The translations under genes were made by a program, and so were the position numbers. From assembly GCF_000172995.2 (NCBI RefSeq), contig NC_014729.1:2520001-2552000 (forward strand): a stretch of DNA of 32,000 nt, given 5' to 3'. Of the stretch, positions 23,489 to 31,580 are shown piece by piece. Position 1 is the stretch's first letter. The number at the start of each line of letters is the position of its first letter. Origin of the DNA: Halogeometricum borinquense DSM 11551 (lineage in GTDB: Archaea > Halobacteriota > Halobacteria > Halobacteriales > Haloferacaceae). The notes beneath the pieces were generated by a model, which did no database searches, was not told where the DNA came from, and saw nothing but the letters and a program-made list of their open reading frames with translations.

Positions 23489-26260
23489 ATGACCTCGCAG
23501 GGAATTGTCGGGGAATTCCTCTCTTTGAAGTCCGAAACCGACGCGGACGTGCTGACGATGCAGTGCGGTGACTTCTACGAGTTCTTCGGGGACGACGCGG
23601 AGTTCGTCGCCGAGGAACTCGATTTGAAAGTGTCCCAAAAGTCCTCACACGGGTCGTCGTATCCGATGGCTGGCGTTCCCGTGGACGACCTCACGCCCTA
23701 TCTGAAAGTCCTCGTCGAACGCGGCTATCGCGTCGCCGTCGCAGACCAGTTCGACGGCGAGGACGGACATTATCGGAAGATTACGCGCGTCGCTACGCCG
23801 GGAACGTTGCTGGAAACAACGGACGCCGACGCCCGTTATATCGCTTCGATGGTCGCTCCGGACGACGACGAAGGCGTCGGCCTCGCCTTCGCGGACGTGA
23901 CCACCGGACAGTTCTTCGTCACCGAAACCGACGACGCCGACGCCGCCTATTCGGAACTGTACCGCTTCTCGCCGGTCGAGATTCTGCCCGGCCCGACTGT
24001 CCGCGGCGACGACGACTTTCTCTCTCGCTTGCGGCAAGACACGGACGCGTCACTCTCGTTGTTCGAGGCCGACGCGTTCGCACCCGGACGGGCAAAACAC
24101 GTCGTGCGCGACCAGTTCGGCCGGGAGACGCTGGAGAGCGTCGGACTGAATTCGGACCTCGCCGTCCGCGCCGCGGGTGCAGTCCTCCGATATGTCGAGG
24201 AGACGGGAACGGGCGTCCTCCAGTCGATGACGCGCCTGCAGACGTACGAGACGCGCGACCACCTCGAACTCGACGCGACGACGCAGCGAAACCTCGAACT
24301 GACCGAGACGATGCACGGCGAGACGGATGGAACGCTCGTGGACGCCATCGACCACACGGTGACGAGTCCCGGCGGCCGTCTCCTCCGCGAATGGCTCACT
24401 CGACCACGGAGAGACAGAGCAGAACTGGAGCGGCGTCTCGACGCCGTCACGGCGTTGGCCCGGGAAGCGCTCTCGCGTGAGCGCGTGCGAGACACGCTGG
24501 ACGGCGTGTACGACCTCGAACGCCTCGCGGCGCGCGCTGCCTCGGGGAGCGCGGGCGCGTCAGACCTGCTCTCCGTCCGCGACACGCTCGCCGTCCTTCC
24601 GGCCGTCGCGGAGGCAATCGAGGAGAGTCCGCTCTCGGAGTCGCCGCTTTCGGATGTCGTGGCGCGACCGGACCGCGAGGCCGCCGCCGCGCTTCACGAC
24701 GAACTGGCCGACGCGCTCGCGGACGACCCGCCTAAGACGGTTCGGCAAGGGGGGCTGTTCAAGCACGGGTACGACGACGAACTCGACGAACTCATCGACA
24801 GCCACGAAGAGGCACAGCGCTGGATAGACACGCTCGCGGACCGCGAAAAGCGCCAACACAGTCTCTCGCACGTCACAGTGGACCGAAACAAGACGGACGG
24901 CTACTACATTCAAGTCGGTAAGTCCGTCGCAGATCAAGTGCCCGAACACTACCGCGAGATAAAGACGCTAAAGAACTCAAAGCGGTTCGTCACTGAGGAG
25001 TTAGAGGAGCGAGAGCGCGAAATCCTCCGACTCGAAGAGTCTCGCGGCGAATTGGAGTACGAACTGTTCTGCGAACTCCGCGAGCGGGTCGCTGCACACG
25101 CCGAACTGCTCCAAGACGTTGGTCGCGTTCTCGCCGAGATAGACGTGCTGTCCTCACTCGCCACGCACGCCGCCGGAAACGACTGGACACGTCCGACACT
25201 TACGGACCCCGGACCGGTCCGCATCGAAGCGGGACGACACCCCGTCGTGGAGCGAACGACCGAGTTCGTCCCGAACGACCTGTACATGGATGACGAGCGC
25301 GGCTTCCTCATCGTCACCGGGCCGAACATGAGCGGGAAATCGACGTACATGCGGCAGGCCGCACTTATCGTCCTGCTCGCACAGGTCGGAAGCTTCGTCC
25401 CCGCTCGATCGGCCGAAATCGGCGTCGTTGATGGAATTTATACGCGTGTCGGCGCACTGGACGAACTCGCGCAGGGCCGTTCGACGTTCATGGTCGAGAT
25501 GCAAGAGCTATCGAACATCCTTCACTCTGCGACGGAGGATTCGCTCGTCATCTTGGACGAGGTTGGCCGCGGAACGGCAACCTACGACGGCATCTCTATC
25601 GCGTGGGCGGCGACGGAGTACTTGCACAACGAAGTTCGTGCGAAGACGCTCTTTGCCACCCACTATCACGAACTCACCTCGCTGGCCGACCATCTCGACC
25701 GGGTGGCAAACGTCCACGTCGCCGCCGAGGAACGCGACGGAGACGTGACGTTCCTCCGAACGGTTCAGGATGGACCGACCGACCGGTCCTACGGGATTCA
25801 CGTCGCAGATTTGGCAGGCGTCCCGAAACCAGTCGTCTCGCGTGCCGACAACGTGCTGGAGAAACTGCGCGAGGAGAAGGCCATCGAGGCAAAAGGCGGC
25901 GAAAGCGACAAACCCGTTCAAGCCGTGTTCGACCTCTCGTCAGGAGAGTTCAGTTCTGGCGAGTCAAGCGGGCAGGCGGGAAGTGGGCAGACGACGGACG
26001 GGCAGATAGTAGACGGACAGACGGCGGACGGGCAGGCAGCCAGCGCCGACCAACGTGAGAGCGGAGTCGCCGCCGCTCAGCAGTCACAGCACGCCGCGAA
26101 CGGCGAGTCAACCGCCGGAAGAGATGCAAGCAGAGCGACCGACCCCGAAGCCGACGAAATCCTCGACGAACTTCGCGAGACGGACGTGAACTCGAACGCG
26201 CCACTTGACATCATGGCGAAAGTACAAGAGTGGCAGCGCCGACTTTCAGACAATGACTGA
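23489..26260 (+). CDS. mutS: DNA mismatch repair protein MutS (bacterial MutS1 type)
   Basis: The N-terminal mismatch-binding motif GDFYEFFGDDA (Phe-x-Glu) is present. Walker A reads IVTGPNMSGKSTYMRQ, followed by STFMVEM, LDEVGRGTATYDG and ATHYHELT. A ~75-aa low-complexity acidic/Gln tail precedes the C-terminal helix. Confidence 0.95.
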   Translation: MTSQGIVGEFLSLKSETDADVLTMQCGDFYEFFGDDAEFVAEELDLKVSQKSSHGSSYPMAGVPVDDLTPYLKVLVERGYRVAVADQFDGEDGHYRKITRVATPGTLLETTDADARYIASMVAPDDDEGVGLAFADVTTGQFFVTETDDADAAYSELYRFSPVEILPGPTVRGDDDFLSRLRQDTDASLSLFEADAFAPGRAKHVVRDQFGRETLESVGLNSDLAVRAAGAVLRYVEETGTGVLQSMTRLQTYETRDHLELDATTQRNLELTETMHGETDGTLVDAIDHTVTSPGGRLLREWLTRPRRDRAELERRLDAVTALAREALSRERVRDTLDGVYDLERLAARAASGSAGASDLLSVRDTLAVLPAVAEAIEESPLSESPLSDVVARPDREAAAALHDELADALADDPPKTVRQGGLFKHGYDDELDELIDSHEEAQRWIDTLADREKRQHSLSHVTVDRNKTDGYYIQVGKSVADQVPEHYREIKTLKNSKRFVTEELEEREREILRLEESRGELEYELFCELRERVAAHAELLQDVGRVLAEIDVLSSLATHAAGNDWTRPTLTDPGPVRIEAGRHPVVERTTEFVPNDLYMDDERGFLIVTGPNMSGKSTYMRQAALIVLLAQVGSFVPARSAEIGVVDGIYTRVGALDELAQGRSTFMVEMQELSNILHSATEDSLVILDEVGRGTATYDGISIAWAATEYLHNEVRAKTLFATHYHELTSLADHLDRVANVHVAAEERDGDVTFLRTVQDGPTDRSYGIHVADLAGVPKPVVSRADNVLEKLREEKAIEAKGGESDKPVQAVFDLSSGEFSSGESSGQAGSGQTTDGQIVDGQTADGQAASADQRESGVAAAQQSQHAANGESTAGRDASRATDPEADEILDELRETDVNSNAPLDIMAKVQEWQRRLSDND

Positions 26261-26657
26261 GAAACCACTCCGGGCGACGGTGAGCCTTCGCGGAGTACTC
26301 TTCGCGCCGGACGGCGACGTCCTCGTCGTGCGGCGAACGACGGACGAAGGGTGGGAACTCCCCGGCGGCCGACTCGGTGCCTACGAGGACGCAAGCGAGG
26401 GAGTGCAACGCGAGATTGCCGAAGAGACCGGATTGAACGTCGAACTCGGCCAGCCAGTTCACGCCATCGCGTGGCGAAACGACGACGATGACGGCCGGTT
26501 CGGTGTCTACTACTACGGCACGGTAACGGAGCAGACTGTATCGCTGAGTCACGAACACATCGAATACGAATGGGTCTCGCCACAGTCGGCCGAAGACCGC
26601 CTGAGCGAACCGCAGGCAACGGCGGTGAACAACGCCTCGGAGGTGCGCGAGGAGTGA
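26253..26657 (+). CDS. Nudix hydrolase (MutT-like size, 134 aa)
   Basis: A perfect Nudix box, GRLGAYEDASEGVQREIAEETGL (Gx5Ex7REUxEExGU), lies at 26367-26435. The ATG at 26253 lies 8 nt inside the mutS 3' end (ATGACTGA). Its TGA overlaps the mutL GTG. Confidence 0.88.
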   Translation: MTEKPLRATVSLRGVLFAPDGDVLVVRRTTDEGWELPGGRLGAYEDASEGVQREIAEETGLNVELGQPVHAIAWRNDDDDGRFGVYYYGTVTEQTVSLSHEHIEYEWVSPQSAEDRLSEPQATAVNNASEVREE

Positions 26658-29017
26658 CCGACGACGACCGACCGACCATCCGCGCGCTCGACGATCAGAC
26701 CATAAATCGGATCGCCGCGGGGGAAGTGGTCGAACGACCCGCATCGGTCGTCAAAGAACTCGTCGAGAACAGCCTCGACGCCGACGCGAACCGCATCTCC
26801 GTGGCCGTCGATTCGGGCGGAACGGAAGGCGTCCGCGTCCGCGACGACGGCGTCGGCATGGACCGCGAGGACCTACAGATGGCCGTCGAAGAACACACGA
26901 CGAGTAAGATTTCGGACATCAACGACTTAGAGTCAGGCGTCGGTACGCTCGGATTCCGCGGCGAAGCGCTCCACACCATCAGTGCCGTCTCCCGACTCAC
27001 CGTCCGGTCGAAACCGCGCGGCGGCGACACCGGACGCGGGTCGGATGCGCCCGGCAACGATGCCGGGACCGAACTCCGCGTCGAGGGCGGCGAGGTAACG
27101 GACGTCCGTCCCGCGGGGTGTCCAGAAGGGACCGTCGTCGAAGTCGAAGACCTGTTCTACAACACGCCCGCGCGGAAGAAGTTCCTGAAGACGACCGCGA
27201 CGGAGTTCGATCACGTGAACACCGTCGTGACGCAGTACGCGCTCGCCAACCCCGAGGTGGCTATCTCGTTGGAACACGACGACAGAGAGGTGTTCGCCAC
27301 CGAGGGGCGGGGCAGTCTAGAATCGACGGTGCTGTCGGTGTACGGCCGGGAAGTCGCGGAGTCGATGACTCGCGTCGAACACGAACCCGACGACGGCCCG
27401 GTTGCGTCGGTAACGGGACTCGTCAGCCATCCCGAGACGACGCGGAGCGCACGCGATTACCTCTCGACGTTCGTCAACGACCGCTACGTGACCGCACGCG
27501 TTCTGCGCGAAGCCGTCTTGGACGCCTACGGCGGGCAACTCGCTACCGACCGCTATCCGTTCGCCGTCCTGTTCGTGGACGTGCCGCCGAACACGGTGGA
27601 CGTGAACGTCCACCCGCGCAAGATGGAGGTCAGATTCGACGACGAATCAGGTGTAAAGAGCGCCGTCGAGTCCGCCGTCGAATCCGCCCTCTTAGAGCAA
27701 GGATTGATTCGCTCGTCGGCCCCACGCGGCCGGTCCGCACCCGACGAGGTGGAACCCGCACCCGAATCGCCGACGGCAGAAGCGCGCGGCGGGAAAGGAC
27801 ACAGTCCGCAACCATCGCAGTCGGACGGGCGAAGCCGAAGCGGGTCGTCTCCGACTGTCTCGGACTCACCGCGTTCGGCGACTTCGGGGACGGAATCGGC
27901 GCGTTCGACACCAAATGCGGAATCAGCGCACTCGGACAGGACAGGAGACGCGGCAGCACCGAGGCCGACAGGTGACGCGACGACAGAGACGCCCGACGAA
28001 TCGGCCGAAAACACGGGGGAAACGTCGAGCGAGGCGGCCGACACCTCACAAGGCGTGACCAGCGACGAGGCGTGGTCCGTCTCGGCCGGTCGGACGCGTT
28101 CGCGCCCGTCACGTGCGCCGGAGACACCGAGTTCGAAGGACAAGTCGGATGAGGACACCGACATGCAGACTTCGCGGACGGGAGAAGCGCCGGAAGCGAA
28201 GGCGGAAACAAGAACAGCGAACCCGACGCAGGCGTCACTGAGTGGGGTGTCCGACGAGGACCACGACTCCGCTGAAGTGACTGCCGGCCGTTCAGAAACG
28301 GCCAGTACGGCAGAGACGACAGCCCCGAGACGACTCGGCGCACCGACGGTTCAGCGTGACCTCGGCGGCGACGAGGCGACGCTGTCACCCGAGTTCGATA
28401 CGCTCCCGTCGATGCGCGTCCTCGGACAACTCTTAGACACGTACATCGTCGCGGAGACAGCCGACGGGATGGTCCTCATCGACCAACACGCGGCCGACGA
28501 GCGGGTGAACTACGAACGCCTCCAGCGAGAACTCGCAGGCGACGTGACGACGCAGGCGTTGGCCGACCCCGTCGAGATGGAACTCACCGCGCGCGAGGCG
28601 GCCCTGTTCGAGGAGTACCAAGACGCCCTCGCACAGACCGGATTCCACGCCGGACGGACCGGCGAGCGAACCGTCGAAGTGCGGAGCGTTCCGGCCGTGT
28701 TCGCGGAGGCGCTTCGGCCCGAACTCCTGCGCGACGCGCTGACCGCGTTCGTCAGCGAGGGCGAGGACGGCGGCCGTGAGACGGTAGACGCCGTGGCCGA
28801 CGAACTCCTCGCGGATCTCGCGTGCTACCCGTCCGTAACGGGTAACACCTCGTTGACCGAGGGGTCCGTTCTCGACCTCCTGTCGGCGTTGGACGACTGC
28901 GAAAATCCGTATGCGTGCCCGCACGGTCGCCCGGTCGTCATCGAGTTCGACCGCGACGAGATAGAAGACCGGTTCGAGCGAGACTATCCCGGCCACGGCG
29001 GCCGTCGGTCGGAGTAG
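26654..29017 (+). CDS. mutL: DNA mismatch repair endonuclease MutL
   Basis: The GHKL ATPase N-terminus reads [35 protein letters not shown]. The endonuclease motif [12 protein letters not shown] (DQHAx2Ex4E) lies at 28481-28516. The C-terminal Zn motif CPHGRP is present. The preferred start is the GTG at 26654, overlapping the nudix TGA (GTGA). The track's ATG at 26570 would overlap nudix by 88 nt. Confidence 0.93.
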   Translation: MTDDDRPTIRALDDQTINRIAAGEVVERPASVVKELVENSLDADANRISVAVDSGGTEGVRVRDDGVGMDREDLQMAVEEHTTSKISDINDLESGVGTLGFRGEALHTISAVSRLTVRSKPRGGDTGRGSDAPGNDAGTELRVEGGEVTDVRPAGCPEGTVVEVEDLFYNTPARKKFLKTTATEFDHVNTVVTQYALANPEVAISLEHDDREVFATEGRGSLESTVLSVYGREVAESMTRVEHEPDDGPVASVTGLVSHPETTRSARDYLSTFVNDRYVTARVLREAVLDAYGGQLATDRYPFAVLFVDVPPNTVDVNVHPRKMEVRFDDESGVKSAVESAVESALLEQGLIRSSAPRGRSAPDEVEPAPESPTAEARGGKGHSPQPSQSDGRSRSGSSPTVSDSPRSATSGTESARSTPNAESAHSDRTGDAAAPRPTGDATTETPDESAENTGETSSEAADTSQGVTSDEAWSVSAGRTRSRPSRAPETPSSKDKSDEDTDMQTSRTGEAPEAKAETRTANPTQASLSGVSDEDHDSAEVTAGRSETASTAETTAPRRLGAPTVQRDLGGDEATLSPEFDTLPSMRVLGQLLDTYIVAETADGMVLIDQHAADERVNYERLQRELAGDVTTQALADPVEMELTAREAALFEEYQDALAQTGFHAGRTGERTVEVRSVPAVFAEALRPELLRDALTAFVSEGEDGGRETVDAVADELLADLACYPSVTGNTSLTEGSVLDLLSALDDCENPYACPHGRPVVIEFDRDEIEDRFERDYPGHGGRRSE

Positions 29018-29071
29018 TTCGCTGCGCTGATCCTCAGGGAAGCGAGTACAGTACTGCCGGACTGACCGGAC

Positions 29072-29077
29072 TTATAT
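29072..29077 (+). promoter_or_regulatory. TATA-box-like element (TTATAT) for kdgK
   Basis: Centred ~27 nt upstream of the ATG at 29101. Confidence 0.45.
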
Positions 29078-29100
29078 GTCATCTCGAAGAACGGGAAGAT

Positions 29101-30060
29101 ATGACCGACATCGTGACCTTCGGGGAGACGATGCTGCGCCTCTCGCCGCCACGCGGCGACCGCTTGGAGCGAACCCGAACGCTCGACGTGCAGGCGGGCG
29201 GTGCAGAAAGCAACGTCGCCGTCGCGGCCTCCAGACTGGGGTCGAATGCCGTCTGGCTCTCGAAACTACCCGACTCGCCGCTCGGCCGTCGGGTTATCTC
29301 GGAACTGCAGAGCCACGGCGTCGAGACGGACGTCGCGTGGGACGATTCCGGGGAGACGCGAATGGGAACGTACTACCTCGAACCCGGTGGCAGTCCGCGC
29401 GGAACGAACGTCATCTACGACCGATCCGACGCCGCCGTCACGACGACAACGCCCGGCGAGTTGCCACAGGACGCGGTTCGAGCGGCAGACGTGTTCTACA
29501 CCAGCGGCATCACGCCCGCGCTCTCTGCGACGCTCGCCGAGACGACCGCGACGTTGCTAGAGACGGCGCAGGAAGCGGGGACGACCACTGCGTTCGACCT
29601 GAACTACCGGTCGAAACTCTGGACGCCAGCGGAGGCGAAGGCGGGATACGAGACACTACTCCCGAACGTGGACGTGCTTATCGGAGCCGAACGCGACATC
29701 GAGACGTGTCTCGGCAAGCGCGGTGAGCCTGCCGACGTGGCGCGCGAACTGGCCGACGAGTACGACTTCGAGACGGTCATCGTCACGCTGAGCGAGAAGG
29801 GGTCGCTGGCCCTCCACGACGGGAAGGTGTACGAACAGGGCGTCTACGACGCCGACACCTTCGACGCCATCGGAACGGGCGACGCCTTCGTCGGCGGGTT
29901 CCTCGCACGCCGACTCGACGGCGGCGACGTGCCCGAATCACTCGCGTACGGCGCGGCCACGGCATCGCTGAAGCGGACCATCGACGGCGACTTAGCCGTC
30001 GTCACACCCGAAGAAGTCGAGGCCGTCGTCGAAGAAGAAACAGGCGGCATCTCACGGTGA
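29101..30060 (+). CDS. kdgK: PfkB-family sugar kinase, probably 2-keto-3-deoxygluconate kinase
   Basis: [17 protein letters not shown]...[16 protein letters not shown] is a typical KDG-kinase N-terminus. PfkB signature 2, [14 protein letters not shown], is present. I trimmed the start to the ATG at 29101. Substrate specificity is inferred only from family resemblance. Confidence 0.75.
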   Translation: MTDIVTFGETMLRLSPPRGDRLERTRTLDVQAGGAESNVAVAASRLGSNAVWLSKLPDSPLGRRVISELQSHGVETDVAWDDSGETRMGTYYLEPGGSPRGTNVIYDRSDAAVTTTTPGELPQDAVRAADVFYTSGITPALSATLAETTATLLETAQEAGTTTAFDLNYRSKLWTPAEAKAGYETLLPNVDVLIGAERDIETCLGKRGEPADVARELADEYDFETVIVTLSEKGSLALHDGKVYEQGVYDADTFDAIGTGDAFVGGFLARRLDGGDVPESLAYGAATASLKRTIDGDLAVVTPEEVEAVVEEETGGISR

Positions 30061-30130
30061 TGTCCATCCGGATATTGTTGACGTGATACCAGTAGGAACC
30101 CGATGAGCGGCCGTAAATGATCCTTCTGTG

Positions 30131-30186
30131 ATATTTTTGCTATAATATATGAATTTTAATGAATATATGTCTTAATCGAAAGATAC
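30131..30186 (+). promoter_or_regulatory. extremely AT-rich promoter island with several overlapping TATA-like elements
   Basis: Only 8 G/C occur in the 50 nt from 30131 to 30180 (counted), which is 16 % GC in a GC-rich genome. The region contains TATAATATAT, AATTTTAAT and AATATAT. It lies 35-90 nt upstream of the ATG at 30219. Confidence 0.5.
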
Positions 30187-30207
30187 TCCATACGGACGTT
30201 CATTAGC

Positions 30208-30214
30208 AGGAGGT
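30208..30214 (+). promoter_or_regulatory. Shine-Dalgarno sequence AGGAGGT
   Basis: 7-nt complement to the canonical archaeal 16S rRNA 3' end (..GAUCACCUCCU), located 4 nt upstream of the ATG at 30219. Confidence 0.55.
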
Positions 30215-30218
30215 TGTA

Positions 30219-31505
30219 ATGAAACGTATAATCGCGCTGATGGCAGCGACACTTGTCATCGCTGCCGCAGTCCCCGCAACGGGGGCCGCAGCAGCAGCAG
30301 ACGCACAGTCCTCCGCATACACTGGAACACACGTCGAATTCGACACGGAGTCAAACGCCGTGACGAACTACTCCGTCGGCGGCACGATGATGCTCGACTC
30401 GCTCCGCGTCGAGTCCGCCGAATCCAGCGGCGATACCGGCATCGACGTTGATGCATCTGTCTCGACCGAAACCGACATCGCTGGCTCGTCTCTCTCCATC
30501 TCAGCGACGGCCGAAGCGAGCGCCGACGTCACCACCGAGAGCGGCGCAACGCTGACCGCACACGACACGCCGAACGGAAACCTCGTCGTCACCGGTACTG
30601 AGTCGCAGGTCGTCCGCGCGAACGTGAGCGAGGAAGCGACCGTCACCGAAGACGGTGAGGCTCGCGTCGTCGTCGAGAACGGCAACACCACCGGCGTCTT
30701 CATCGCCGTCGGCAACGCCTCGGTTGCGAAGAACGACGATGGCGATGTCTCCGCCCGTGTCGAATCTGACGGCCGCGTCGTCTTCCGTAGCTACGGCGAA
30801 AACGAGGAACGCACCGAGAACGACCGCGAAGCCGAGCGTCTCGTCGCAAACGGAACGGCTACGGCTGAAGTCTACGTGACGGACGAAGGCGACAACCGCT
30901 CGTCGGAAGTCGTCCACTACGGTTCCAACACGACGGTGAACGTCACCGAGCAGTCCACTGAAACCGTGAACATCACCGTCGAACGCGCTGTCAGCGAGGG
31001 CGCAGTCGTCCTCACGAGCGTCTCCGAGAAAGCGCTGAACGCGAGCGACTCGCTCGAAGTGACTGTAGACGGCCAAGCGGCCGCCGAAGTCGAGTCCACG
31101 AGCGAACTCCGCACCGCTGCAGACGGCGGTAACCAGTCGGCCTACATGATCGCAGACGGCAGTGCTGATGCCGACGCCGAAACGGATGTCTACGTCGCAC
31201 TCAACCACTTCTCCGAGCGGAAGGTGACGATGCAGTCCGCCGACAACGAGTCAACCACGACGGAGACGGCGACTGAAAGTACGGAAACCGAGACCAACAC
31301 GACCGCAACCGAAAGCACCGATACTGAGACGGAAACCGACACGGACTCCACCGCGACGACGAGCGACGATACGTCAGCGACCGAGAACGAGTCGGCAACC
31401 GAACACGGATCGGAAACCACCGAATCCTCGACGCCCGGATTCGGCGTGACGGCCGCTCTCGTCGCACTCGCCGGGAGCGCGCTGCTCATCGCACGGCGAC
31501 AGTAG
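30219..31505 (+). CDS. secreted PGF-CTERM-anchored cell-surface glycoprotein candidate (428 aa)
   Basis: Sec signal peptide MKRIIALMAATLVIAAAVPATGAAAAADA. 14 N-x-S/T sequons (counted). A Thr/Glu/Ser/Asp-rich stalk follows. The C-terminal TPGFGVTAALVALAGSALLIARRQ is a PGF motif, a hydrophobic helix and a basic tail, which is the archaeosortase ArtA sorting signal. Confidence 0.85.
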   Translation: MKRIIALMAATLVIAAAVPATGAAAAADAQSSAYTGTHVEFDTESNAVTNYSVGGTMMLDSLRVESAESSGDTGIDVDASVSTETDIAGSSLSISATAEASADVTTESGATLTAHDTPNGNLVVTGTESQVVRANVSEEATVTEDGEARVVVENGNTTGVFIAVGNASVAKNDDGDVSARVESDGRVVFRSYGENEERTENDREAERLVANGTATAEVYVTDEGDNRSSEVVHYGSNTTVNVTEQSTETVNITVERAVSEGAVVLTSVSEKALNASDSLEVTVDGQAAAEVESTSELRTAADGGNQSAYMIADGSADADAETDVYVALNHFSERKVTMQSADNESTTTETATESTETETNTTATESTDTETETDTDSTATTSDDTSATENESATEHGSETTESSTPGFGVTAALVALAGSALLIARRQ

Positions 31506-31523
31506 ACCGTCGTAGCGGTCTAC
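31502..31523 (+). terminator. hairpin GTAGACCG-tcgtag-CGGTCTAC overlapping the stop codon, with a TTCTTTT tract downstream (31555-31561)
   Basis: 8-bp perfect stem, complemented by hand. The T-rich tract 30 nt downstream could be the actual oligo-T terminator. Alternatively it could be the TATA-like element of the next gene, because it lies ~25 nt upstream of the ATG at 31581. Confidence 0.35.
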
Positions 31524-31580
31524 CGCCGACTGCGCACAAACGCCCGAACGACTATTCTTTTCGCCGCCGGCAACAGTAGT

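Noticed and set aside
27118-28388. 285-aa (+) and 252-aa (-) alternative-frame ORFs across the mutL linker region
   Set aside because: They overlap the mutL frame, which stays continuous through conserved N- and C-terminal domains. The alternative frames are Arg/Pro/Ser-rich translations of the same low-complexity GC-rich DNA.
30100-30135. GATGA / ATGAT / CTGTGA words suggesting a C/D-box sRNA between kdgK and the PGF-CTERM gene
   Set aside because: None matches the RUGAUGA C box or the CUGA D box exactly. The spacing and the terminal stem expected for archaeal C/D sRNAs are also absent.
31240-31440. Repetitive ACNGA(A/G)-type DNA that could look like a repeat array
   Set aside because: It is the in-frame coding sequence of the Thr/Glu-rich stalk of the PGF-CTERM protein. 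It has no constant-length repeat/spacer organisation, so it is not a CRISPR array.
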